DNA of 61,746 nucleotides, the filler included, from Chiloscyllium plagiosum (Eukaryota): NCBI RefSeq assembly GCF_004010195.1. It is 3 parts of one record of this genome, joined end to end, with 100 filler letters (N's around TTAATTAATTAA, not from the genome) between each part and the next. Parts side by side here need not be neighbours in the genome. Positions count along the whole stretch, not along the records: positions 1 to 30,898 come from NC_057717.1; 2 more parts are not named here. The stretch is one strand, 5' to 3'. Position 1 is the stretch's first letter, and the number at the start of each line of letters is the position of its first letter. Of the stretch, positions 1 through 12,673 are shown piece after piece. The position numbers were made by a program, and so were the translations under genes. The notes beneath the pieces are model-generated. The model searched no databases. It worked only from the letters and a program-made list of their open reading frames with translations, and was not told the origin of the DNA.

Positions 1-200
1 GAATGAGCTGCCAGAGGAAGTGGTGGAGGCTGGTACAAGTGCAACATATAAAAGGCATCTGGAAGGGCACATGAATAGGAGTGGTTTGGAGGGATATGGC
101 AGGTGAGGCTAGATTGGTTTGGAATACTAGGTCGGCATGGATGAGTTGGACTGAAGGGTTTGTTCCCTGCTGTACATCTCTGTGACTCTATGACTCTATG
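1..200 (+). mobile_element. CR1-clade LINE 3' end
   Basis: ORF2 C-terminal motif (NELPEEVVEAGT), 3' UTR and GACTCTAT-type terminal repeats ending near 200. Confidence 0.85.
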
Positions 201-699
201 CACACTGTTCCGTGGGGATGAGAATACGACAGACAGCAAAGCCCCAAGGAGATAAAAACATCCTTATCTCAATCTTAAATTGTAGAACATCCAAATTAAA
301 AAAGTGTATGAACCTCACAGCAAGACAGCTTCTCTTTTTCGGTAAATGAGGGTACAACCAACAGGAAACACAAAGACCATTCAGCCCCTCAAACCTATCC
401 TAATTTGCCATTGACTCTGTTCAGTAAAGTATTTATCAAACTCAGCCTCCATGGTTCTCTTGGTTAGACATTTCAGATAGTGTAAACCATAGAGCGTATC
501 AAATTAGTGCAGAACTAGACTGTTAGGTCCATCATGTCTGATCCGCTGTTCAATCGTGGCTGACATGTTTCTCAACAAAATTCTCCCGTCCTCTCACTGT
601 AACCTTGAACCCCTTATCAATCAAAACTCTCTATCTCTGTCTTAAAGACGTAACTGTGTCTGTGTCTCTGTATGTCTGTCTGCGTGTGTGTGTTTCAGC

Positions 700-1295
700 T
701 TATTGGCAGGAGGCAGAGGGTGGTGGGGGAAGGTTTTCTTTTGGACTGGAGGCCTGTGACCAGTGGCGTTCCACAGGGATTGGTGCTGGATCCACTTTTG
801 TTTGTCATTTATATCCATGATTGAGATGAAAATTATACAAAGCATGGTGAGCAAGGTTACAGATGACACCAAGATTAGATATGTGCAGTGGAAGGTGAAG
901 AAGGTTACATAAAATTACGAAGAGATCATGATTAATTAGATCAATAAATCACAGAAATGTACAGCACAGAAACGGATCCATTGGTCAAAATCATTTGTTG
1001 CAACCCGATTTCGTAAATTAACTTAGTTTCATTTTCCAGCATTTGTACCATATCCCTCTAAGCCCATCAAATTCATGTCCCCATCCAGATGACTTCTGAA
1101 TGTTGCAATTGTACCATCCTCCACAACTTCGTCTAGGAGCTCATTGCATACGCAATGAAAATGGTCCCCTTAGGCCCATTTAAATCTTGTCTATCTCACC
1201 TTATATCTACGTCCTCTAATTGTGGACTTCCCTATCCTGGGGTAAAGTCCCTGACTATTCACCTTTTCCACGGCCCTCATGATTTTATAAACCGC
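700..1295. mobile_element. Decayed CR1 fragments (RT piece on +, 3' end on -)
   Basis: ~755-880 reads like VTSGVPQGLVLDPLLFVIYIHD...ADDTK; ~950-1295 is the reverse complement of a CR1 3' end. Confidence 0.75.
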
Positions 1296-1854
1296 TAGAA
1301 TGTGCAAATGTGACTCCAATCGACACAAATGTCTGTTCTCAGTCATTCCGGACCTAAATTCTGAAAGTCAATACAGACTCCTCTTCCTTATTCATCAGAT
1401 CACAATTCTAAAATCATTTTAACAACATGTTCATCCACATTATGAAACACCTCTGTGGGATTTTTATCTAGATTTTTGGGCTCAGCGGTAGGCACACTAC
1501 CACCAATTGGCAATAATCCCTAAGGCTGCAACATTATTCTCCTGTGTGTTTGTTCATCAGCCAGTTTGGAAATACTGTGACATACCTCCGTGACAGGCAG
1601 GGCTTGAATCCAGACCTTCTGGCCCAGAATAAGAGACATTACCATGCAGGTTCATGTATTGGAATATAACACAGAGCATTGGTACAAAGGCATTGGTGTT
1701 ACTCACTGCACAAAACTTAAAAACATGCACAGACTTTGGGTCACATTTTAAATGTCAGCTTTCAGCTCTGTGTGGATTCATTAAAATTTGGTTCACTTTT
1801 CCTGAATTACATAGTTAAAATAATTGCACTGTTAAACAGATGAATGTTACTCAC

Positions 1855-1960
1855 CTCAAATATAGGATGTTGAGTTTATGAGCTCTGCCTTCGAGATAAA
1901 CTATGAAGATGGTTAATTGCTTGGCTATGATTTCCATCTTCAGTGGCTATTATCTGATAT
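1855..1960 (-). other. Candidate exon of an unidentified minus-strand gene
   Basis: Acceptor (ttccctcatattgcag) and GAG|GTGAGT donor in non-repeat sequence. Phase-2 reading gives YQIIATEDGNHSQAINHLHSLSRRQSS*, phase-compatible with the exon at 9653-9763. Confidence 0.35.
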
Positions 1961-2184
1961 CTGCAATATGAGGGAAAGACATCCTGCAGACACACTCTGC
2001 ACTATAAAGGATCTGGAATAGATACTGATCACTGAACACCAGAGCTGAAGAAAGAGCATGCTTTCTGGATCAAAAACACCAATCACTCTTTTCCGCCTCT
2101 AATGTGTGACTGCCCTCTTCTTAAAACCACCAAATGATCCAAGGCAGCTGATTACTGTCCAGTCCTTCCTCCCCGGTGCTATCT

Positions 2185-4460
2185 CTCACTGTGCTGAGGA
2201 GTGGTAGATGGATTTTAATTTCAATGAATGCAAAGTATCGCAATTTAGTAAAACAAACAAGGAGAGGACATCTACAATTAAATGTCGGGCCATTGATAGC
2301 GTTGTAGAACAGGGAGATCTAGGGTTCTGGTATATTTCTTTGAAGTTTGCATCATGTGTAGGCAGGGTGATTAACTTGCTGACCTTCATTGCTCAGACCT
2401 TTGCGTACAGCAGGTGGAACATTATCTTCAGGTTCTGCAGGACATTCTCCTGAAGTACTGTGTGTAGTTCTGGTCACCCAGTTACATTTTGGACATTATT
2501 AAACTGGAGAGTGTTCAAAAAGGATTTACCAGGATATTGCTGGGAATGCAGTGTTTAAGTTATAAGGACCGTCTTGTTGAACTGGGAGCTTTTCCAAAAC
2601 AGTGTAGAAGTTTGAGATCTTATCAACATGGTAGAGGTTTATAAAAAATTGAGGGGTATAGATAATGTCGAATGGCAGGTGTCCTTCCCTTAGGGTGGTG
2701 GATTTCAAGACTAGCGGGTAATTTGAAGATGACAGGAGAAAGGTTTACAGAATATATAATGTCACAGAGCTGTCCAGCATGGAAACAGACTCTTCTATCC
2801 AACTTGTCCCTGCCGACCAGATGTCCTTAATTAACGTAGTTTCATTTGCTAGCATTTGGCACATATCCTCTAAACGCTTCTTATTCATGTGTCCATGCCG
2901 ATTCCTTTTAAATGTTGTAATTGTACCAGCCTCCACAACTTCCTTTGGCAGCTCGTTACATACACAGTACCCTCTATTTGAAACCATTACCCATTAGATC
3001 CCTTTTAAGTCTTTCCCCTCTCACATTCAACTATGCTTTCCAGCTTTGGAACGTACTACTCTAAGATCACCTCTCAACTGCTGGTGCTCCAGGGGAAAAA
3101 CAACCCGGCCAATTCGGCCTCTCCATAAATCTCAAAACCTCCAACCCTGGCAATATGTTTGTAAATCTTTTCTGAATCCTTTCAGGTTTCATACATCCGA
3201 TATCGAGACGGTAATTGCACGAAGTATTCAATAGTGGCCTACCCAATGTCCTCTACAGCCGCAATATGACCTCCCAACTCTTATATTCAATGCACTGACC
3301 AACAACGGCAAGCATATCAAACACCTTCTTCACTATCCTATAAACCTGCGACTCCACTTTCAAAATACTACAAACCTGCACCCAAAGTCTCTTTGTTTAG
3401 CAACATTCCCCAGGGACTTAACATTAACTGTATAACCCAAGCCTTAATTTTCCTTTCCAAAATGCAGCACTTCACATTTTTCTAAACTGAACTCTACCTG
3501 CCACTCCTCAGCCCATTGGTTCATCTGATCAAGATCCCGTTATACTCTGAGGTAACCTTTTTCTCTGTCCACTGCACCTTCAATTTTGGTGTCATCTATA
3601 AACTTACCAATCATACCTCCTATGTTCATATCCAAATCATTTATATAAATGACAAATAGCAGTGGACCCAGCACCCACCTTTGTGGCACTCCACTGGTCA
3701 CAGGCCTCCAGTATGAAAAACAACCCACCACCACCACCTTCTGTCTTCTATCTTCGAGCCAACCCTGTATTCAAAACGCTCGATATCTTTGTATTCTATG
3801 AGATCTAACCTTGCTAACCAGTCTACCATAGGGAACTTTATCGGACGCCTTACTGAAGTCCATATAGATCACGTGCACTGCTCTGACCTCCTTAATCGTT
3901 TTCATTACTTCTTCAAGCAAACATAATCACGTTTGTAAAACATGGTTTCGCACGCATAAAGCCATGTTGACTATCTCTACTCAGTCTTTGCCTTTCCAAA
4001 TACATGTACATCCTGTCCCCCAGGATTCTTTCCAACATCTTGCCCACCACCGAAGTCATGCTCACCGGTCTGTTGTTCCCTGCCTTTTCCATCCGAGTTT
4101 GTTTAATAATGGCACCACGTAAATCAGCCTCATGTCTTCCTGCACCTCACCTGCGGCTGTTGATGATAAGTACATGTCATCAAGATTCCCAGCACTTACT
4201 TCCCAAGCTTCCCACTGAGTTCTCGTGTACCCCTGATCAGTGCCCATGAAGTGCGTTGTGATTACACATCATTTGGTTCGTGTATGGAACGAACGTCCTG
4301 AGAAGTGATGGATGTGGGTAATGCTACAACATTTAAAAGACAGTTGATGAAGTTCAAGTATAAGGGAAGGTTTGGGAAAATATGGTCCAAGCGCATGCAG
4401 GTGGGACTGGCTTAGTTTGAGATTATCATCCGCATGGACTGTATGGGCCGATAGGTCTGT
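2185..4460. mobile_element. Cluster of decayed CR1 fragments in both orientations
   Basis: 2185-2750 (+) RT-to-3' region; 2757-4250 (-) includes WRPVTSGVPQRWVLGPLLFVIYINDLD...KFIDDTKI (ORF 3540-3737); 4270-4460 (+) 3' end. Confidence 0.85.
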
Positions 4461-4489
4461 TGACAAACACTCAGTGTAACTCTCTGACT

Positions 4490-4690
4490 CCAAGTGTGTT
4501 TGTATGTCCAAGCATGTATCTGCGCATTTCTGTCCGCGCTTGTCTATTTGTGTATGTTTATATGTATATCGGTGTGCCCCTCTGTGTGTATCTATCTCTC
4601 TGCACATGTTATGTGTCTATTTCTCTGAGTGTGTGTGTCTGTGTGCCTGTGACTGTCTGTGTGTTTGTGTGTGTGTGTGTGTGTTTGTTG
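4490..4690. repeat. Degenerate (GT)n microsatellite
   Basis: Direct inspection; it explains the Val/Cys and His/Thr ORFs here. Confidence 0.9.
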
Positions 4691-5619
4691 ATGATGCTGT
4701 GAGCTGCTGCCCTCCCTCTGTCCCTCGTAAACTGAATCTCTGATGATTTTTACCCTCCACTCCAAGCTGTACAGTGCTGGGGGGAGACGAGCAGAGACTG
4801 ACAGCAAAATAAAGCTCAGCAGGTCTGGCAGCATCTGTGGACAGAAATGAAAGTTAACGTTTTAGGTCGAGTGACCCTTCCTCAGAACTCGTGTCAGGTG
4901 GATATTACATCACTGTAAGCACCATAGTGACTGCCAGACTCGTCCCACGCAGACACACACAGATATACACACACACACTGATACAGCGCAGAAACTAATA
5001 CAGACATGGAATGTCTGTCGGTATTTCTCTTGCTCCAGGGTGACCTTGTCAGCATTTCACTTGCTTTGTCTGGTGGGTGTCAGTATTTAAGTCTGTCCTC
5101 AGGGAGTGTGTGAATAGTGCACTTGCTCACAATAGTGAGTGAATCGGTATTTCTGTGTGGCGTGTGACTGTAGGACAATTTCAAAATATGCAGATACCAA
5201 ACCTGGAAGAATTATAATGTTTGTGATGGACAGTGTGGAACTCCAACAGGACAGTGACACATTGGTGTCGTTTTCAGGTTTATGGCAGATGAGGATTAAT
5301 GCAGAGCAGTGTCAGGTGATGCACTTCGGTAGGAAGGACATTGAAATACAGTATAAAACAGGCTTTAAGGTTATAAAAGGGGTGCAGGAACAGAAGGCCC
5401 TGGGTGTATATGTGCACAGATTATTGAACATGTCAGGACAAGTGTGGAGAGCAGTAACTATCACAGATTAGTTTCAGTGTCTGAGCTGTTTACAGGAGGA
5501 GGTGTAGGTAGGAGCCTCCGTGCCCCCTTCCTGGGAGATGTTGGTGACGATATGTTGTGCGCCCACCCTCCTGCCCACCGAGACCGTGGGGATTCCATTT
5601 GCACCCGCTCGACACAAAG

Positions 5620-8020
5620 GTTTGTTCAATGTGTGCAGGAGAGTGTTTGTTCAATGTGTGCAGGAGAGTTTCCTGACACAATATGTAGACAGGCCAACAA
5701 GAGGTGAGGACATACTGGATTTGGTTCTGGGTAACGAACCAGGCCAGGTGTTAGAATTAGAGGTAGGTGAGCAATTTGGGGATAGTGACCATAATTCGGT
5801 GATTTTTACTCTCGTGATGGAGAGGGATAAGTATGTACTACAGGGCAAGAGTTATAGCTGGGGTCAGGGAAATTATGATGCGGTGAGGCATGACTTAGGA
5901 TGTGTGGCTTGGAAAAGTAGACTCCAAGGCAAGAGTGTAAATGATATGTGGAACTTGTTCAAGGGGCAACTATTGAGTGTCCTTGATAATTATGTACCTG
6001 TCAGGCAGGGAGGAAAGGGTCATGCGAGGGAGCCGTGGTTTAATAAGGAATTGGAATCCCTTGTTAAATGGAAGAGGGCGGCCGATCTCAAGATGAGACG
6101 TGAAGGTTCAATTAGGGCGATTGAGAGTTATAGGGTAGCCAGGAAGGACCTGAAGAGAGAGCTAAAAGCAGCAAGGAGGGGACATGAAAGGTCCTTAGTA
6201 GATAGGATTAGGGAAAACCCTAAGGCTTTCTATAGGTATGTTAGGAATAAAAGAATGACTAGGGTAGGAATAGGTCCAGTCAAGGATAGTAGGGGGAAGT
6301 TGCGTGTGGAGGCGGAAGAGATTGGGGAGACAATGAATGAATACTTTTCTTCAGTATTCACTCAGGAACAGGGCATTGTTGTCGATGAGAATACTGAGGC
6401 ACAAATAAGTAGAATGGATGGCTTTGAGGTATGTAGAGAAGAGGTGTTGGAAATCCTGGAAAAGGTGAAAATAGATAAGTCCCCTGGGCCTGATGGCATT
6501 TATCCTAGGATTCTCTGGGAAGCAAGGGAGGAGATTGCAGAGCCATTGGCCTAAATTTTTATGTCCTCGTTGTCTACAGGAATAGTACCAGAAGACTGGA
6601 GGCTAGCAAATGTGGTTCCCTTGTTCAAAAAGGGAAGTAGGGATAGCCCTAGTAACTATAGGCCGGTGAGTCTCACTTCTGTTGTGGGCAAAGTCTTAGA
6701 GAGAATTGTAAGGGATAGGATTTATGAACATCTGAATAGGAATAATGTGATCAAGGATAGTCAGCATGGTTTTGTGAAGGGCAAGTCATGCCTCACAAAC
6801 CTTATTGAATTCTTTGAGAAGGTGACTAAGGAGATGGACGAGGGGAAAGCGGTAGATGTGGCGTATATGGATTTTAGTAAGGCGTTTGATAACGTTCCCC
6901 ATGGTAGGCTACTGCAGAAAATACGGAGATATGGCATTGAGGGTGAGTTGGAGGTTTGGATTAGGAATTGGCTGGATGGAAGAAGACAGAGGGTAGTAGT
7001 TGATGGCAAAGTTTCTTCATGGAGTGCCGTCACTAGCGGTGTTCCGCAAGGATCTGTTTTAGGACCATTGCTGTTTGTCATTTTTATAAATGACATGGAA
7101 GAGGGGTTAGAAGGTTGGGTGAGCAAGTTTGCGGATGACACAAAAGTCGGAGGAGTTGTTGACAGTGAGGAAGCATGTGGCAGGGTACAGCAGGATATAG
7201 AGAAGCTGCAGAGCTGGGCAGAAAGGTGGCAGATGGAATACAATGTAGCTAAGTGCGAGGTGATTCACTTTGGGAAGAATAACAAAAAGATGGGGTACTG
7301 GGCTAATGATCGGATACTTGGTAGTGTGGATGAGCAGAGGGATCTTGGTGTCCATGTACACAGATCTCTGAAAGTTGCCACCCAGGTAAATAGTGCGGTG
7401 AGGAAGGCATATGGCGTACTGGCTTTTATTGGTAGAGGAATTGAGTTCCGGAGTACTGAGGTCATGATGCAGTTGTATAAGACTCTGGTACGGCAGCATC
7501 TGGAATATTGTGTGCAGTTTTGGTCGCCATACTATAGGAAGGATGTGGAGGCACTGGAACGGATGCAGAGGAGGTTTACCAGGATGTTGCCTGGTATGGA
7601 AGGAAAATCGTATGAGGAAAGACTGAGGCACTTGGGGCTGTTTTCACTAGAGAAAAGAAGGTTTAGGGGTGACTTGATTGAGGTGTACAAGATGATTAGG
7701 GGGTTAGATAGGGACGACAGTATGAACCTTTTCCCGCGTATGTAGTCGGGTATTACAAGGAGGCATAGCTTTAAATTAAGGGGGGGGTAGATATAGGACT
7801 GAAGGTAGGGGTAGGTTCTTCACTCAGCGAGTCGTAAGTTCATGGAATGCCCTGCCAGTAGCAGTGGTGGACTCTCCCTCTTTATGAGCATTTAAGCGGG
7901 CATTGGATAGGTATATGGAGGATATTGGGTTAGTATAGGTTAGTTGGGCTTGGATCGGCGCAACATCGAGGGCCGAAGGGCCTGTACTGCGCTGTATTCT
8001 TCTATGTTCTATGTTCTATG
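5620..8020 (+). mobile_element. Young, 5'-truncated CR1 LINE (end of APE domain, RT, 3' tail), disabled
   Basis: ORFs 5520-6554 and 6561-7745 are one frame split by TAA at 6552. Motifs PTRGEDILDLVL, SDHN, KSPGPDG, NYRPVSLTS, DFSKAFD, GVPQGSVLGP, FADD. Further stop at 7743 and a G-run frameshift near 7780; tail of TTCTATG repeats. Confidence 0.97.
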
Positions 8021-8607
8021 TAACAGGGCCATGGCTTCTAAGTTGTGCCGGGGGGAAACGGAGCTACCAGTGGGTTGAAAGTGAGAATTGCATTTCACTG
8101 AACATTGCTCCTTACTCTGTTGGTGGGACGTGGATGTTTCAGAATCTCCCACTCGAATTGTCCCCGTCCTCTCCAGCTCGTACCAGCGTCCTCCCCACAT
8201 GGCAGCAGAAAGGTCGGTGAGGGAATGGATATCGGGCACTCCACCACGCAGCCTTGCACTTTCTGTCCGATTCCAGGCTGTTTCTCCTGGAATGGGAGAA
8301 AGGGACTGAAGGGGTGATGGTAGGAATGTATGGCCCTGTTGTTAGTGCTGGCGGAGGGAGCTGAATGATGAGGTGTCCGGAGGGAGTCTGTCCACATCAT
8401 TGTATCCATGCAGTGTTATTAAAGTAGGGGGTAGAGTGTAGAGAGAGAGAGAGAGACAGAGAGAGAGAGAGTGGTGGGGGGGGGGGGGTAGGAGGAGGGA
8501 AGGTGCTGCATATCGGAGTAAAAGTGTTGGAGCATGAGCCTTGTTCGGGGTAGGTGCTATAACAGATACACAGTGAGTGGGAGGGAGCAGACAGAATACG
8601 CTGACCC

Positions 8608-8825
8608 TTATCCTGACAGAGCGGGGAAGGTTATTGATGCTTGACCTGAGTTGCTGGACAGTTCATCAGACTGCAGATACTGCACTGAGCTGGATGGCGA
8701 GGTAGACCAAGCTCGGTGGGTCTGGTGGTGTGGTCCCCTCTGGGAAGAGAATGATCTCCCTCTGTACTGGCCCATCCACCAGGACCTCCATGCCCCTGTC
8801 GACAAACCGTGGTGTAATTGCCCCT
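8608..8825 (-). mobile_element. Degenerate Myb/SANT-like ORF of a PIF/Harbinger transposon
   Basis: Minus-strand reading across frameshifts: AITPRFVDRGMEVLVDGPVQREIILFPEG...LAIQLSAVSAV**TVQQLRSSINNL, matching the Harbinger Myb pattern PRF.D..LE.L...V......LFP...RT..QCRK..NDL. Confidence 0.6.
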
Positions 8826-9652
8826 TAACTGCCATGCTCAGGGTAAACTGTGCGGGGCAGCTCCTAACTGAGAAAGCTCAACGATGTGCCATTGGCCTTT
8901 TAAAGCTGGCACCAGTGCCAGGGATCATGGAATATCCAGGGAATTCGGGCGATAGTGATTACCTACAGTCATGTTGGGTGGAAGAATTGGACTGGCATTG
9001 AATGGGGGTCACCATGAGATGAGGCGAGTTCGATAAGAGAGCACCAGAAAATTAGTTCGTCCACGTGCAGACGATCCATTTCACACTCAAAGAAAATGTC
9101 ACTGAGACAAATTATTGTTAGATTCAGCCCGATGAGTTGATGACTTTGCTGGTCCTACTCCCAGTTACAAAGCTGCAGAACAAAATGCTCATCCCAAACT
9201 CTCCATCATGTGACCTCACAGCAATATCCCATTCTCCCATCATTCCTGGAAACACTGGCTTATGCTGCAGAAAACTATTGGAATATCTATATTTCAACAT
9301 TCTGGAACCTGTGAGCACATCCTTCCATGACATTGACTTTGAATCTCGCGGTCTCTGTCTAAACACCAAACCCCTCCCATTTAGGGATATTTGAACCGAC
9401 TCCCCATCGATCTCTCTCTGGCCATACTTCTCACACCCACAGCACCCCTTATCATGGCACAGTGTAAATATGGAGCTGGAAATGGACAGGAGATGCACAT
9501 CCTGTCACTTCCAGTATGGGCTGCAAGTTAACCCACACTGGGCAGCGATCTAACGCAGTGTTCTGAGAAATGTACTGGGGTGATGGACACAGTTACACAC
9601 CCGGGTCGCATATCTCATCTGGGTTTATACATCAATGCTGTGGTCTGCATAC

Positions 9653-9763
9653 CTTTCCACTCTCGGTAGATTGTGGGTTGTATTGCACAGGACACCATCC
9701 TGGTCTGCACAGTGCTCCATGCTGAACACATACTCATCTGTGTTTCTGGTGTCTGCTCTGGTT
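9653..9763 (-). other. Candidate 111-bp exon of an unidentified gene (possible ATG at 9720)
   Basis: Acceptor attctcacag, donor AAG|GTATGC; open phase 2-2 frame TRADTRNTDEYVFSMEHCADQDGVLCNTTHNLPRVE; paralogous to 13814-13924. Confidence 0.45.
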
Positions 9764-10124
9764 CTGTGAGAATGTGATATAACGAATCATTTTACTAGAT
9801 ATGGCAATGCCTTTATTTTTGTTCTCAATCATGTGATTGGACCCTCCAAATTCTATCTCCTCCAGCCAGTCCCATTCTTCAGTCTAACTCCATAGTTCAG
9901 TAACTTGTACCATGAGTAACTGTCCGGTTTTAATGTGAATAACTGTTCTGTCTGTTTCCTTGTCCTTTGGCATTGCTCAAATTGGAGCATCGGGATTCAC
10001 TGCTGTAAACCTCAGTAAGGTCATTTCTCAGACTCAACTGTCGAGGTAATATAGCCCCAGCCTATTCATACTATCTGTGTAGCTCAACATCACCCGTCCC
10101 GGCCTCCAAAACCATCAACATACT

Positions 10125-10545
10125 TATAGAGTCATAGAGATGGACAACATGGAAACAGATCCTTCGGTCCAACCTGTCCATGCCAACCACGTATCACAAC
10201 CCAATCTAGTCCCACCTGCCAGCACTCGGCCCATATCCCTCCAAATCCTTCATATTCATATACTCATCCAAATGCCTCTTAAATGTTGCAATTGTACGAG
10301 CCTCCACCACTTCCTCTGGCAGATCATTCTATACACACACCACCCTCTGCGTGTAAAAGCTTCCCCTTAAGTCTCTTTTATATCATTCCCGTTTCACCCT
10401 CTACCTATATCCTCTAGTTCTGGACTTCCCGACCCCAGGGAAATTACTTTGTCTATATATCCGATCCATGCCCCTCATAATTTTGTAAACCTCTATAAGG
10501 TCAGCCCTCAGCCTCCGGCGCTCCAGGGAAAAAGCCCAGCCTGTA
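10125..10545 (-). mobile_element. CR1 LINE 3' end
   Basis: FSLERRRLRADLIEVYKIMRGMDR in ORF 10401-10703; reverse-complement tail atagagtcatagag near 10126. Confidence 0.9.
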
Positions 10546-10621
10546 ATACTACAACATTTGTTTCCTATAGCAATGAGAGCAGAATTAATGACTCTATTGC
10601 AGAAATGGCTGAAAATAGCGT

Positions 10622-11930
10622 GTAGGCGACAGTGAGCATTGCAGATGCTGGAGATTAGTGTCAAGAGTGTGGTGCTGGAAAAGCATACCAGGTCAGGCAG
10701 CATCCGAGGAGCAGGAAAATCAATGTATCAGGCGAAGGCCTGATTCCTAATGAATGTCTTTTGTCCGAAATGTCGAATTTTCCTGCTCCTCGGTCGCTGG
10801 CTGACCTGCAGTGCTTTTCCAGCACCACACTCTGAACACAGTGTATATCCCAGATGGTCTCCTTCTTCACGACAGCAATTTCCCCTCCCACATAGTCGAT
10901 GATGCCATCCAGAGCATCTCATCCACTTCCGACACCTCTGCATTCGAATCCCAGCCCTCCAAACGCAACAGGTAAAGAACACCCCACTTCCTGAACTCCC
11001 ACCCTACCAAACCTCCAGATAAAATGCATTATCCTCCCCCATTTGCACCATCTATAATCAGACTCCACCAACAGGGATATATTTCCCTCCATGCCCTTAC
11101 CTGTATTCTGTAAAGAACATTCCCGTCACGACTCCCTTGTCAAGTCCACGCCACCCACCAGCCCATCCTCCACTCCTGGCACCTTACCCTACCACCGCAA
11201 GAACTGGAAAACCTGCACCCTCACGTCCCCCTCACTTCCATCCAAGCCCCAAAGTATCCTTTCACATTCATCAGACTTTTATTTGCACTTACTCAAGTCA
11301 CCTACTGCATCGGTTGCTCCGGATGTTGTCTCCTCTACATTGGGGAGACAGGATGCCAATGTGTGGAACACCTCAGAGAACATTGCTGGTGTACCCGCAC
11401 CAACCAACACCACCGCCCCGTGGCTGAACTCTTTGAATCCCCCTCCCAGTTCGCCATAGACATGCAGGTCCTGGGCCTCCTCCATCGCCAAACCTTAACC
11501 ACCCATTGCCTGGAGGAAGCTAGACTCATCTTCTGCCTTGGGACCCTGCAATCGCATGGGATCCGTAAAGATTTCACCAGTTTCCTCATTTTCCTTCCCC
11601 ACATGTTATCCCAGATCCAACCTTCCAACTCAGCACCGCCCCCATGAACTGTCCTATCTGTCCATCTTCATTCCCACCTATCCGCTCCATCCTCCTCTAC
11701 GACATATCACCTTCAAACCCAACTTTATTTACTTGTCAAATTCTCAGCTACCTTCCTCCAACTCCATCCCCTTTCCATTTGTCTCTCAGTACCCCTGGGC
11801 CACAAGCCTCATTTCTGATGAAGGGCTTACACAAGAAATGTCGATGCCCCTCTGATGCTTGACCTGTGCTTTTGCAGCACCACATTCTCGACTCTGACCT
11901 CCACCACCTGCAGTCCTCACTTTCTCCTTT
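10622..11930 (+). mobile_element. Penelope-like retroelement (Neptune type), truncated, with inverted terminal repeat copies at the 5' end
   Basis: Decayed Cys linker PGTLPYHRKNWKTC, then GIY-YIG TYCIGCSGCCLLYIGETG...EHLREH...EEARLIFCLGTLQSHG. The 3' terminal repeat (~11810-11930) recurs inverted and direct at 10630-10835. Confidence 0.88.
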
Positions 11931-12375
11931 TAGCTAATGTATCCAGAAATGTTCCCACCAGACATCATGTGTAGCTGGTCTGTTATTTTATCCGTGACTC
12001 CTTTATAAACAGAATGGGACATGTGCAGCCCTGCAGTGCTCTGGAAATACTCCCACATACAAGGAAAAAGTTAAAAAAAAGAAAGATTTATCGTCCGTCT
12101 GTCAGTAACCCTCATCCATTCCATCCAGACTCATTAAATATTCCCTTTTTTGTGATATAAAATGTTCTGTAAGGAAAGGGTTAACTGAACCTGTTTGTTC
12201 AGTGACTGTGATTAATGTCAGTCTCCATGGATTATAATTATCCCGGTGTATGTTTTCCATCTACTAATGATAAATGGGCTCGATGCAATGTGTTATGCCA
12301 TAGTATGAGTAGGAGCATCACCCACAGCACTGACAGGGATCAGCAGCTCCAGGGAAGGGGTAGAGGAGAGATCAG

Positions 12376-12535
12376 AATCTGAGAATATTAGACTTGAATG
12401 TTCCAACAATGGAACCGAATCTGAGAACATTTGACTGGGATGTTCCAACAATGGAACCAAATCTGAGAACATTAGACTGCAATGTTTCAACAATGGAACC
12501 AAATTTGAGAATGTTGAACTGGAATGTTCAAAGAA
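12376..12535 (+). repeat. 42-bp coding tandem repeat (~3.5-4 copies; 14-aa unit NVPTMEPNLRTxDW)
   Basis: Units start at 12397, 12439, 12481 and 12523, with a partial unit from 12376. Confidence 0.95.
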
Positions 12536-12673
12536 TGGACAGGACTTTATCCTTTTATGTTTGGTTTCTTTCGACATATTATGATAGATTGTCATTATAT
12601 TCACGGATCTATTATGCTCTTCCCATTATTCAATATTTTTATTATCCTTTCCTGTCTATCGTTGGTGTGCCTG
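12409..12673 (+). CDS. Exon 1 of a GPR139/GPR142-like orphan class A GPCR (N-terminus and first half of TM1); exon 2 not found
   Basis: First ATG at 12409 after an in-frame TAG at 12361. Ends ...IIQYFYYPFLSIVGVP(G)|GTAAGT; the YYP.L..VGVP motif plus phase-1 intron inside TM1 is the GPR139-family exon-1 pattern. Confidence 0.8.

Noticed and set aside
6761..7631. 160-aa and 174-aa ORFs antisense to CR1 RT (similarly 30425-30856)
   Set aside because: Shadow frames of the LINE coding sequence.
9124..9498. 124-aa minus-strand ORF
   Set aside because: Non-ATG start, no recognisable domain, and it lies beyond the donor of the candidate exon.
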